Assembly: GCA_965208575.1 (NCBI GenBank)
Contig: CBDBOV010000005.1
Location: forward strand, 928,001-992,000
Reading direction: 5' to 3'
Origin: Spirochaetia bacterium
GTDB lineage: Bacteria > Spirochaetota > Spirochaetia > SZUA-6 > Bin103
DNA length: 64,000 nt
Shown here: in pieces, positions 50,392 to 59,267 of the stretch
How positions within the stretch are numbered: the first letter of the stretch is position 1
Layout: each line of letters opens with the position of its first letter
Notes under the pieces: model-generated
Told to the model about the DNA's origin: nothing
The model's database searches: none
The model's input: only the letters and a program-made list of their open reading frames with translations
Made by a program: the position numbers and the translations under genes

Positions 50392-51992
50392 CGCCCAATC
50401 CCTATCAGGTCCTTGGACCTTCGGTCCCGGCCATGATTGGGCGCGCTGAACTCATGCGCAGGTTCGACAACCACTTGTTGAAGCCGACGCCCGATCACGT
50501 TTCGGTTGTCGGCCCTGGCCATTACGGTAAGTCGGTGCTGCTGAAACACCTCGCTAGCGTCTACGGCGGCGGACGGGGCGGCTATCTTGCAGCTGCGTAC
50601 GTAGACCTTCGGCACGGGACTCCCTCGTCGGACCAAGATTTCATGAGCCGGTTCGCGGACGAGATCAAGACGACGTTACAGTCGGCCCGTCCGGAGCTTG
50701 ACGAGCTGATCGATGTCGACGATGAGAACATACACGAGATGCTGGGGCTGGTGTTCGAGGATATCGAGAAGCACGGTACACGCATCCTCGTCGTACTCGA
50801 CGGCTTCGATTACGCGCTCGCGGGTACCGGACTGACACGCAACCTGTGGGATCAGCTCCGCGTGCTCGCGCAGATACCAAGTCTACGACTGGTTACCGGG
50901 AGTCGGCGTCCTCTGCGCGAGCTGTGCCGGACCGAGGAATCTCGTACCTCCGACTTCTGGGAAATCTTCTACGACACGCCACTGCGCGTCACGGCTCTCA
51001 AAGACGCTGACGTAACGGAGTTCCTGAGGCCGCTCCGTGAATCGGGTTGTGAGTTCGACGGGCCGGCCCTTAAGGAAATCTCGAACTGGACAGGGGGTGT
51101 GCCGCTCTTGCTGTGTGCACTTCTGCAGTGGCTGTGGACGGAACACCGAGGCGCGCGTCTTGCCAAGTCGGAGATCGACCGAGCCGCGGATAAGTTGCTG
51201 GCCGAGCGGCGTCAACTCCTAGACGCGCTCTGGGATGATTGCAACGGCGAATTGCGGGCCGACTTGGGCGTGCTGGGCGATCAGGACATATGGTTGACCG
51301 ATCTTTCCGACCGGCGACGACGCGCGGTGGAGGAGCGAGGCTTTGGTCGCGTATCGGGAAGCCGGCTGCGCAGTTCCTGCCGTCTCATGCAGCGCTATGC
51401 TCGGGCGCAGGCGCCCGCTATCGCCGACCTGACACGTCTACTGGGCACCTCCGTTGGTTTCGCGACTCACGTTCGATCGCTGTTGGATCTGCGCCTTGCA
51501 CAGGTATCGGTCGACGGCGCGGATGAGGACCTGCGTGCATTCGTCATGAACGCCATCCGCGACCTCTCCCCGGTGCCCGGACGCGCACTCGTGTGGATCA
51601 GGAGTATCGCGAACCGGGCGCTGAAGCTCGTCTGGGAGGCCGAGCTTCCGCCTGATAGGACGCTGCCGGTGGAGTGGTGCGATGATTGGGACGGGGTGGG
51701 CGTGAACTATCCGGTTGCCCATGGGAAGCTGCCCCGCTCACCCGGGGCGCAGTGCAACATACTGCGCCTGGCGACTGGCACAGAGCGGACGGCGCGCTGC
51801 ACCAAGTACGTCACCAAGACGACCTGCCTGCTTATCGACTACCTACAGTCAGTTGGCGACTTCGGGCAACATCGTGACGACTTCCCGGACGTCACGGTCA
51901 ACGTCGGATTCGCAACTGCCGCCGTACTCGCCGCCATATCGCTGACAGAGTGTCTGACCGCAGATCTCCTAAGGCTGCCGAGTGCCGAATGA
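50388..51992 (+). CDS. STAND-like P-loop ATPase with a helical C-terminal domain
   Basis: GTGA overlap with the helicase stop; NPY..MIGR, GPGHYGKS, LVVLDGFD, LVTGSR, WTGGVPLL. Confidence 0.75.
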   Translation: MTPNPYQVLGPSVPAMIGRAELMRRFDNHLLKPTPDHVSVVGPGHYGKSVLLKHLASVYGGGRGGYLAAAYVDLRHGTPSSDQDFMSRFADEIKTTLQSARPELDELIDVDDENIHEMLGLVFEDIEKHGTRILVVLDGFDYALAGTGLTRNLWDQLRVLAQIPSLRLVTGSRRPLRELCRTEESRTSDFWEIFYDTPLRVTALKDADVTEFLRPLRESGCEFDGPALKEISNWTGGVPLLLCALLQWLWTEHRGARLAKSEIDRAADKLLAERRQLLDALWDDCNGELRADLGVLGDQDIWLTDLSDRRRRAVEERGFGRVSGSRLRSSCRLMQRYARAQAPAIADLTRLLGTSVGFATHVRSLLDLRLAQVSVDGADEDLRAFVMNAIRDLSPVPGRALVWIRSIANRALKLVWEAELPPDRTLPVEWCDDWDGVGVNYPVAHGKLPRSPGAQCNILRLATGTERTARCTKYVTKTTCLLIDYLQSVGDFGQHRDDFPDVTVNVGFATAAVLAAISLTECLTADLLRLPSAE

Positions 51993-52006
51993 CTTGAATG
52001 CCCAGT

Positions 52007-52203
52007 CGCTCAGCTTCCCGGGCCTGGCGCTGCGGCCGCCCGTGGTGAACAAGGGTTGCTGACGAGCCGCAAACGTCGATACGGTGGCCTCGCCCGTGGA
52101 TGCTGATCCCGGCGGTGTTCGTGATCGTGTCGGTGCTGGCCTTCAACCTGCTCGGCGACGGCCTGCGCGACGCCGCCGACCCCTACGCCTCGCATTGATG
52201 CGT
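52007..52203 (+). repeat. Right copy of direct repeat (orphan permease 3' end)
   Basis: Encodes [34 protein letters not shown] with a decayed 5' half; no gene body upstream. Confidence 0.92.
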
Positions 52204-52260
52204 CTGTATCGCACTGACCGCACCAGTTGACGCGGCGCGGCTATCCGTTACGCTCAGGAT

Positions 52261-55200
52261 ATGCGACGCAACCTGATCGGAATCTCCTGCCTGTTGGCAC
52301 TCGCAGCGGCGGCAACCGCCGTTCATGCCGAAGACACCGCGCCCGCGATCTCTTCCATCAGGTTCCACGGCCACGGCTCCCCGGTGAGGGGCGGCACGTA
52401 CGAACGTGGCGAGCGGGTGCAGGTGGAGGTTCGGTTCGACCGGGCGGTGAAGGCAACCGGCAGTCCGCGGCTGGCACTGACTATCGGGACGCACACGCGG
52501 TACGCAACCTTTTCGGGACCGGGCGGCTCGTTTCCGGGCTCCTTCGATACGCTGTACTTCGACTACGTCGTGCAGGCGGGTGACCGCGATGAAGACGGGA
52601 TCAGCTTCGCCGCCAACGCGCTCAGCCTGAACGGCGGCACCATCAGGTCCGCGGACGGAACCGCCGACGCCGACTTGAACCACGACGCGGTTCCATCCTG
52701 GGGCGGTCACAAGGTGGACGGCGGCCTGGCGTCGCCGCCGGTAGTGATCGGCATCTCGTTGTGGTCGCCAGCGAAGGGCGACACCTACGAACTGGGGGAG
52801 ACGATCAACGTGCGCGTGGACTTTCACCGCGCGGTGACCGTGACCGGCAGTCCTCAGTTGGCGTTGACCATCGGGACGCAGACGCGGCATGCCGCGTACA
52901 CCAGGTCTTGGTGGGGCGGGAGCGTGCTGCTATTCAGCTACGCGGTGCAGGAAGAAGATCGCGATGAGGACGGGATCGGCATCCGGAACAATGCACTGTC
53001 GCTGAACGGTGGAACGATCACATCCGCGGACGGTACTGCCGACGCTGTTCTGGGCCATGCCGCGCAGAGCCGCCGGTTCAGCGGCAAGGTGGACGGCAGC
53101 CGGATCACGGTCCCGGCGGTAGAGCGTATTTCTCTCGTTTCCTCCCCGGCGAGGGGCGACACCTACGAACTCGGGGAGACGGTGCAGGTGAGAGTCGAGT
53201 TCGACGGTGCGATAAGGGTAACCGGCAATCCCCAGGTGGCGCTGACCGTCGGAACACGCACGCGGTACGCGACCTACAACGGCTGGGGTCCTGCCTCGTT
53301 GTACTTCAACTATACGGTGCAGCCGGGTGACCGGGACGAGGACGGGATCAGCATCGCGGCCAACGCGCTGGAGCTCAGCGGCGCAACCATCACGGCGACG
53401 GACGGTACGACCGCTGCCGACCTGACGCACCCGGAGGTAGGCGCCGACGACGGCGGCAAGGTGGACAGCAGCATGGTTACGCCGCCGCGGGTGACGGCCG
53501 TCTCCCTCATCTCCGCTCCGGCGAGGGGGGACACGTACGAGCTCGGCGAAGAGGTGGAGGTGCAAGTCGAGTTCGACCGGGCGGTGACGGTGACCGGCGA
53601 TCCTCGGTTGGCGTTGACCATCGGGTCCGAGACGCCGTATGCGGCCTACTTCGGCGCGTGGCAAGAGGACCGGTACCTGCTATTCGTGTACGCGGTGCAG
53701 GCGGGTGACCGTGACGAGGACGGGATCAGCATCGCGGCGAATGCACTGGTGGTCGACGGCGGGGCGATCACGGCCACCGACGGCACGACCGGCGCCGATC
53801 TGACCCACGCGGCGGTTACCCCCGTGGCCGGCGGCAAGGTGAACGGCAGCCGCGCCGTCACGCCGCCGCGGGTGCGGGGAGTCTCCCTGGTGTCCGCTCC
53901 GGAGCGGGGTGACACGTATCAGCTCGGCGAGACGGTTGAGGTGATGGTCGAGTTCGACGGCGCGGTGAGAGCGACCGGCGATCCCCGGTTGGCGCTCACC
54001 ATCGGGACGCGGAAGCGGTACGCGACCTTCTCCGGCTGGGGCAGCGATGCGCTGTACTTCAGCTACACCGTGCAGGCGGGTGACCGCGATGACGACGGGA
54101 TCGGCATCGCTGCCAACGCGCTGGAGCTCAGCGGCGGAACCATCACGGCCGCGGACGGTGTCACGGCAGCGGTCCTGATGCACGCGGCCGTGGTCCCCGC
54201 CGGCGTCGCCAAGGTCAACACCAGCGATGTCACGCCGCCGCGGGTGCGGGAGATCCGGTTCGCCTACTCTCCGGCGCGGGACGGTACCTACGAACTGGGC
54301 GAGACCGTGGAGGTGGAGGTCGAATTCGACCGGGCGGTGGAGTCGACGGGCGATCCCCAGGTTACGCTGACTGTCGGGACGCAAACGCGCTACGCGGCCT
54401 TCTCGGGATATGGAAGCGATACGCTGTACTTCGAGTACACCGTGCAGGCGGGTGACCGAGACGAGGACGGCATCGGCATCGAGGCCAACGGGCTGGTGTT
54501 GAACGGCGGGACGATCACGGCGGTGGACGGCGCCACCGCCGCCGACCTGAGTCACGACGCGCTGGCCGGCGGGCGCGGCCGCATGGTGGACGGCAGCCGG
54601 ATCACCCCACCGCGGCTGAGCGACATCTACTTCGTCTCCTCGCCGGCGCGGGGTGACACCTACGAACTGGGAGAGACGATCGAGCTGACTGTCGAGTTCG
54701 ACCGGGTGGTCATGGTGACCGGCAGTCCGCGGGTTGCGTTGGCCATCGGGGCGCAGACCCGATACGCGGCCTACTCCGCGTGGTCGGGGGAGGACCGGTA
54801 CCTGCACTTCAGCTACGCCGTGCAGGAGAGCGATCGTGATGAGCGCGGGATCCGCATCCCGGCCAACGCGCTGGAGACGGGCGGCGGAACCATCACGGCC
54901 GTCGGCGGCATTGCCGATGCCGATCTGACGCACCCGGCGGTGACCGGCGCCCCGGTCTTCAAGGTAAGCGGCGGCGTGGTCACCGCCCCCGCGGTGACTG
55001 CCATCTACCTCGACAACCACGTTCCGCCTCCGACCGGCGACACCTACGTCATCGGTGAGAGAATTCGGGTGTGGGTGGAGTTTGACAAGGAGGTCATCGT
55101 GCGCGGCAGCCCGCGGGTGGCGCTTACCATCGGGGGCGAGACCAGGCAGGCGCACTACTCGGGCTTCAGTGTTGCGGTCACGCCGGATGGCGGCACGATT

Positions 55201-55404
55201 GTCGACAAGGACGTGCTGTCCTTCGACTACCTGGTACAGGCAACGGACCGCGATGAGGACGGGGTCGGCATCCCGGCCAACGCGCTGGCCCTCAACGGCG
55301 GAACCATCAAGCACGCCGGCGACGGCACCACCGATGCCGACCTGACGCACGACGCGGTGCCCGCCGATCCCACGCGCAAGGTAGACGGCAACCGGACTGA
55401 ATGA
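52261..55404 (+). CDS. Secreted protein made of eight approximately 125-aa Ig-like repeats
   Basis: Signal peptide ..AATAVHA; repeated GDTYELGE.V.V.VEFD..V.VTG.P.LALTIG..TRYA..LYF.Y.VQAGDRDEDGI.I.ANAL...GGTI..ADL.H..KVDGS. Confidence 0.85.
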   Translation: MRRNLIGISCLLALAAAATAVHAEDTAPAISSIRFHGHGSPVRGGTYERGERVQVEVRFDRAVKATGSPRLALTIGTHTRYATFSGPGGSFPGSFDTLYFDYVVQAGDRDEDGISFAANALSLNGGTIRSADGTADADLNHDAVPSWGGHKVDGGLASPPVVIGISLWSPAKGDTYELGETINVRVDFHRAVTVTGSPQLALTIGTQTRHAAYTRSWWGGSVLLFSYAVQEEDRDEDGIGIRNNALSLNGGTITSADGTADAVLGHAAQSRRFSGKVDGSRITVPAVERISLVSSPARGDTYELGETVQVRVEFDGAIRVTGNPQVALTVGTRTRYATYNGWGPASLYFNYTVQPGDRDEDGISIAANALELSGATITATDGTTAADLTHPEVGADDGGKVDSSMVTPPRVTAVSLISAPARGDTYELGEEVEVQVEFDRAVTVTGDPRLALTIGSETPYAAYFGAWQEDRYLLFVYAVQAGDRDEDGISIAANALVVDGGAITATDGTTGADLTHAAVTPVAGGKVNGSRAVTPPRVRGVSLVSAPERGDTYQLGETVEVMVEFDGAVRATGDPRLALTIGTRKRYATFSGWGSDALYFSYTVQAGDRDDDGIGIAANALELSGGTITAADGVTAAVLMHAAVVPAGVAKVNTSDVTPPRVREIRFAYSPARDGTYELGETVEVEVEFDRAVESTGDPQVTLTVGTQTRYAAFSGYGSDTLYFEYTVQAGDRDEDGIGIEANGLVLNGGTITAVDGATAADLSHDALAGGRGRMVDGSRITPPRLSDIYFVSSPARGDTYELGETIELTVEFDRVVMVTGSPRVALAIGAQTRYAAYSAWSGEDRYLHFSYAVQESDRDERGIRIPANALETGGGTITAVGGIADADLTHPAVTGAPVFKVSGGVVTAPAVTAIYLDNHVPPPTGDTYVIGERIRVWVEFDKEVIVRGSPRVALTIGGETRQAHYSGFSVAVTPDGGTIVDKDVLSFDYLVQATDRDEDGVGIPANALALNGGTIKHAGDGTTDADLTHDAVPADPTRKVDGNRTE

Positions 55405-55529
55405 CGAACCGACGCTGGACCATGCCACCCAACAAGTTGGTGCTTATGACCTGGCCCCCGCGTGACCGAGTATCCAGGACAACGGACCGCGCCGTGGCTA
55501 CCGGCTCGTCAGGCTGCGTGCGTGGGAAC

Positions 55530-56285
55530 TCAGAGCAGCGCCGGCAGCAGGGCGCGGCGCCTCTGCGGGTAGTCGGCAAAGGTATTGTGATACCAGGCAT
55601 GGCGCCACAGGGCGCGCGGCACCAGGTTGGCGATGGTCCACATCGCGAACGCCAGGCCGGGAAGCGACCAGGTGAGCAGCGCGACCCCGACCCACTCGAC
55701 GATCTCGCCGAGCAGGTTGGGGCACGACACCAGGTCGAACGGTCCGCCTGACGGCACCACGTAGGCGCCGCCACCGGCTCGGCGCAAGCGGCTGAGCCGG
55801 TAGTCGCACCACACGTTGAGCGCTGCGCCGCCGACCGCAACTACCACGCCGGCGATGACCGGTGGCCGCACCAGCCAGCCGGGAGGGTAGTGGGCGAGGT
55901 GGCCCATGAACCAACCCCACAGCACGCCATTGAAGAGGTTGAACAGGACGCCGGAGCAGCAGAAGATCACCGGAATCGTGCGGCCGCGCCGCTGCACCAG
56001 CCACGGCCACAGGAGGGCGCGGTGGCCGTAGTGGGCGATCCACATGACGACCACGATGTTGCCGACCGGATGCTGGTGCGAACTCGCCAGGTAGATGGCG
56101 GGGAAGGTGGCCAGCGCCGGAATCTCCATCAGAAACCAGCCCCAGCGACTGTCCATGCGCGGGCCGACGCCGCGGCCGCCGGTGCGCGCCACCGGATCCC
56201 ACCGCGCCAGGCAGCCCGCCAGGGTCGGCACGGCGAGCGCGGCCCAGATCGCCGCCAGCCAGGTGAACGAGGCGTCGCCGGTCAC
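55530..56285 (-). CDS. Steroid 5alpha-reductase (3-oxo-5alpha-steroid 4-dehydrogenase) family membrane protein
   Basis: GWFLMEIP, HYGHRAL, FNLFNG, YVVPSGGPFDLVSCPNLLGEIVEWVG, NLVPRALWRHAWY, YPQRRRALLP; GTGA overlap with the upstream gene. Confidence 0.88.
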   Translation of the reverse strand: MTGDASFTWLAAIWAALAVPTLAGCLARWDPVARTGGRGVGPRMDSRWGWFLMEIPALATFPAIYLASSHQHPVGNIVVVMWIAHYGHRALLWPWLVQRRGRTIPVIFCCSGVLFNLFNGVLWGWFMGHLAHYPPGWLVRPPVIAGVVVAVGGAALNVWCDYRLSRLRRAGGGAYVVPSGGPFDLVSCPNLLGEIVEWVGVALLTWSLPGLAFAMWTIANLVPRALWRHAWYHNTFADYPQRRRALLPALL

Positions 56286-57322
56286 GCCAGCATACCGCGG
56301 GCACGGAACCACGCCAGCGCGTCAGCCACGGTGTCGCCGAACGGGCGCGGCGCGTATTCGAGGTGCTGCCTGGCTGAAGCGTCGTCGACCGACGCCGGGC
56401 AGTCGTGCAGCATGTCGAGCGCGTTGCGGGAGTAGATTGGCGGGCGGCGGCCAAGCGCCGAGTGCGCCCGGATGAGAGGCAGCGCCGCCACGGCGAGCGC
56501 ACGCGGCAGAACGGGACGCCGGACGTTACGGTCCAGCGCGTGCGAGCACAAGTCCGCCAGTTCGCGCACCGAAGCGTAGCGCCCGGTGGTGAAGTAGACA
56601 GCGCCGGCTTCCCCGCGCGCGACCGCGCCGGCGACCGCCGCCGCGACGTCGCGTACGTCGCACCACCAGTAGCCGCCCCTCACCAGGCAGGGCAACCGGC
56701 CGCAGGCGATGCCGAGCAGCATGCCGCCCACCGGGGTGGGACGCCGGTCGCCGGGCCCCAGGAGCCCGGACGGGCACACCAGAGATGCATCGAGCTGCCC
56801 GTCGCGGGCGGCCTGCAGCACCGCCGCGTGAGCTTGCGCCTTGGTCGCGCCGTAGGGTATGCGCGACGCCGACGCGAGCGGCGAATCGGCACCGAGCGAC
56901 GTGCCGCGCAACGGCCCAAAGGCATGAATGGAACTGACGTGCACCAGTTTGCGCAGGCCTGCGGCAATGCAGGCGGCAACCACGTTGCGCGTGCCGCGCA
57001 GGTTTACGGCACTTGCGGTTCCCTCCGGGTCGCGGTCGATACGTACCGCGGCAGCGGTGTGGACCACCGCATCGACGCCCCGCAGCGCCGCCTCCACCGA
57101 GTTGGGATCGCGCATCTCCGCCGGGTAGTCCTCGATCCGCGTGCCGACAAACTGCGCCGACCTGTCGTCTCCGCCGGCGTGAGTAACGGCGCGCACCCGG
57201 CAGCCGCGCTCCAGCAGTACCCGGCACACGTGGCCGCCGAGGAAGCCGCCGGCCCCGGTCACGGCCACCGTGGCGGCAGCTTGCCCGGAGGGTAGTCGCG
57301 GTGGAGTTGCGGCGGGATTCAA
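56282..57322 (-). CDS. NAD-dependent epimerase/dehydratase (3beta-HSD/DFR-like extended SDR)
   Basis: VTGAGGFLG, VVHTAA, VNLRGTRNV, HVSSIHA, YGATK, PSGLLGPGD, DVRDVA. Confidence 0.85.
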   Translation of the reverse strand: MNPAATPPRLPSGQAAATVAVTGAGGFLGGHVCRVLLERGCRVRAVTHAGGDDRSAQFVGTRIEDYPAEMRDPNSVEAALRGVDAVVHTAAAVRIDRDPEGTASAVNLRGTRNVVAACIAAGLRKLVHVSSIHAFGPLRGTSLGADSPLASASRIPYGATKAQAHAAVLQAARDGQLDASLVCPSGLLGPGDRRPTPVGGMLLGIACGRLPCLVRGGYWWCDVRDVAAAVAGAVARGEAGAVYFTTGRYASVRELADLCSHALDRNVRRPVLPRALAVAALPLIRAHSALGRRPPIYSRNALDMLHDCPASVDDASARQHLEYAPRPFGDTVADALAWFRARGMLA

Positions 57323-57365
57323 CGTGGAATGAACCAGACGTGCTTGGTTGGTCTGAGCATTGGAT

Positions 57366-57781
57366 CGGCGTTCCAGAAAGACCGGCTGGCGGTGACGCTA
57401 TTCGCTTCCCTCGTGGACGTCAACGATGTCTCTCGCTGCGGTGCGCCGCTACCGGCAGGAGCGCGTGCGCGCCGAGATGGCCTCCAGGGGCATCGGCGCC
57501 GTCATCCTCAGCGATTCGGTCAACATTCGATATGCCAGCGGCAGCCGGAACATGCAGGTCTTCACGTCCCGCAACGCCCCGTCCCGCTATCTCGTACTCA
57601 CCGGGGACCGTTCGATCCTGTTCGAGTTCACCGGGTGCGAGCACCTCGCGGACGGGCTCGACACCATCGACGAAGTACGACCGGCGCTGACCGCCAGCTA
57701 CTGGAACAGCAAATACTGGTCACCGAGACGGGCACCGAGCTGTTGAGCACGTTCCCATTCGAGCAGGCGCTGCTGGCCTGA
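57366..57781 (+). pseudogene. M24 family (DddP/Xaa-Pro peptidase-like) remnant with the catalytic core deleted
   Basis: N-terminal RRYRQERVR..DSVNIRYASGSRNMQVF..FEFTGCEHL joined near 57698, in another frame, to the C-terminal LEQQILVTETGTELLSTFPFE. Confidence 0.65.
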
Positions 57782-57828
57782 GGCCCGGCCCTGCCACGGC
57801 CCACTGCCACCACCGGTACGCGGCCTGC

Positions 57829-58578
57829 CTACTCGACGAGGGCCTTACGAAGGCTTTCGATCTGCCGGTCGGTGAGTCCAGCGGAGCGGGCATAGCCCTC
57901 CGCTCCTCCATACTCCGTCTTGAGGTACCCCAACACCTTGAGCATGCCGTCGGGCGGGCAGAACTCGCGCTGGTAGTCGCGCCAGCTCTCGACTTGGGCT
58001 TCAATCTCGACCTCCAGCGGCTCGACCTGGCAGCGCTCCCACAGGAACCTGGCCGTGAGACCGTAGTCTTGAGCGATGGTCTCAGCAGGCACCCCGGCGA
58101 TCGCCAGGAGCAGCGCGCTTGTCACACCGGTCCGGTCCTTGCCGCCGGCACAGTGGTATAGGGCCGGCAGGGCCCCCGGCTCGGCCATCGTCGCCAGTAC
58201 CCTGCCGATCTGCGCCTGGCGGTGCCTGAGCCAGGGGGTGTAGGAGGCGAATATCTGGTCTGAAGGCGTGCCCACCACAGGAGGATCGGGAAGCGGCTCG
58301 TCACCGACCACGTTGTGGTGGTGATAGCTCACCTCGGTCGAACCGGCAAAGACGTTGGGGAAGAGCGCAAGCTCGCGGGACTGGCGGAGGTCGATGACAG
58401 AGCGTAGCCGATGCCTTTGCAGCACTTGTTGGTCTCTCTTCGTCAGCCGATGGAGGCTGTCGGCGCGGAAGAAGGTGCGCCACCTGACGTGACGCCCATC
58501 TGCCGTGGCGTAACCGCCTAGGTCCCGGACGTTCCAAGCGCCATCCATGTCGAGTCGCCGGTTCGGTTCCTGTCCCAT
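57829..58578 (-). CDS. Protein-tyrosine phosphatase family protein
   Basis: NVRDLGGY, FRAD, VIDLR, HCAGGKDRTG (CX5R), DYGLT. Confidence 0.9.
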   Translation of the reverse strand: MGQEPNRRLDMDGAWNVRDLGGYATADGRHVRWRTFFRADSLHRLTKRDQQVLQRHRLRSVIDLRQSRELALFPNVFAGSTEVSYHHHNVVGDEPLPDPPVVGTPSDQIFASYTPWLRHRQAQIGRVLATMAEPGALPALYHCAGGKDRTGVTSALLLAIAGVPAETIAQDYGLTARFLWERCQVEPLEVEIEAQVESWRDYQREFCPPDGMLKVLGYLKTEYGGAEGYARSAGLTDRQIESLRKALVE

Positions 58579-58851
58579 TACTCCCCCTTCCGTGCACTGG
58601 TCCGAAAATGGCGGCCACCGTGCACTGCCCCATGCGCCGTTTTCATGGTCTTCCATGGCACGGAATGACCGTGCAGACTCATGATCGATGACTGTCTCCA
58701 GTATTGCAGAGTCGCGGTGTCTATGCAGCGCTACCGGTACTCCTTCAGGCGCTGAGCGAGCTTGAGCGTCATGCCGGGCACGGCGGCGACGCCGTGTTGC
58801 GGGTGTTTGAGCAATGGCAGCCGGGTTACGCGGTAGGTGGGAGCGTCCGGG

Positions 58852-59265
58852 TCAGGTGTCTGCCAGCCAGTTCTCGATGGCGAGTCCCGGCACGCGGGTA
58901 AACTCGTCGGTGTTGTGGGTAACGAGCGTCGCCCCCAAGGCCCTGGCGTGAGCGGCGATCAGTAGGTCGTTGTGCCCGATGGGACGACCGACGCGCTCCA
59001 ACTCGGTGCGTATCTCGCCGTAGTGCCGGTCGGCCTGCTCCTCGAGCGGCAGGATGTCGATTCCCTCCAGTACGGCTTCCAGTTGCGACGACAGGCGTGC
59101 GGAGCGCTTGCGGGAGGCGCCGTAGCGTAGCTCGCAGGCTACGATGATGCTGATCCCGAACTCGCTCCGAGGCATCGCCGACAGCCGCTCTGCGAGTGTG
59201 CCGCCCGGGTCTCGGACGACCGCGGAAACGATGTTGGTGTCCAGCAGAAAGCGCACCGCCGGCAC
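58852..59265 (-). CDS. vapC: VapC PIN-domain toxin
   Basis: FLLDTNIVS, CELRYG, PIGHNDLLIAAHA, LVTHNTDEF.RVPGL..ENW. Confidence 0.92.
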   Translation of the reverse strand: MPAVRFLLDTNIVSAVVRDPGGTLAERLSAMPRSEFGISIIVACELRYGASRKRSARLSSQLEAVLEGIDILPLEEQADRHYGEIRTELERVGRPIGHNDLLIAAHARALGATLVTHNTDEFTRVPGLAIENWLADT

Positions 59266-59267
59266 CG

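Larger units (their letters stand above)
46311..52006. mobile_element. Lower-GC two-gene island bounded by direct repeats, no integrase
   Basis: Abrupt composition and codon shift (many A/T third positions) between the two repeat copies. Confidence 0.6.

Noticed and set aside
46311-52006. Calling the island DISARM, Druantia, Dpd or Avs
   Set aside because: Partner genes (methyltransferase, DrmB/C, DruA-D, dpd genes, TPR sensor) are absent.
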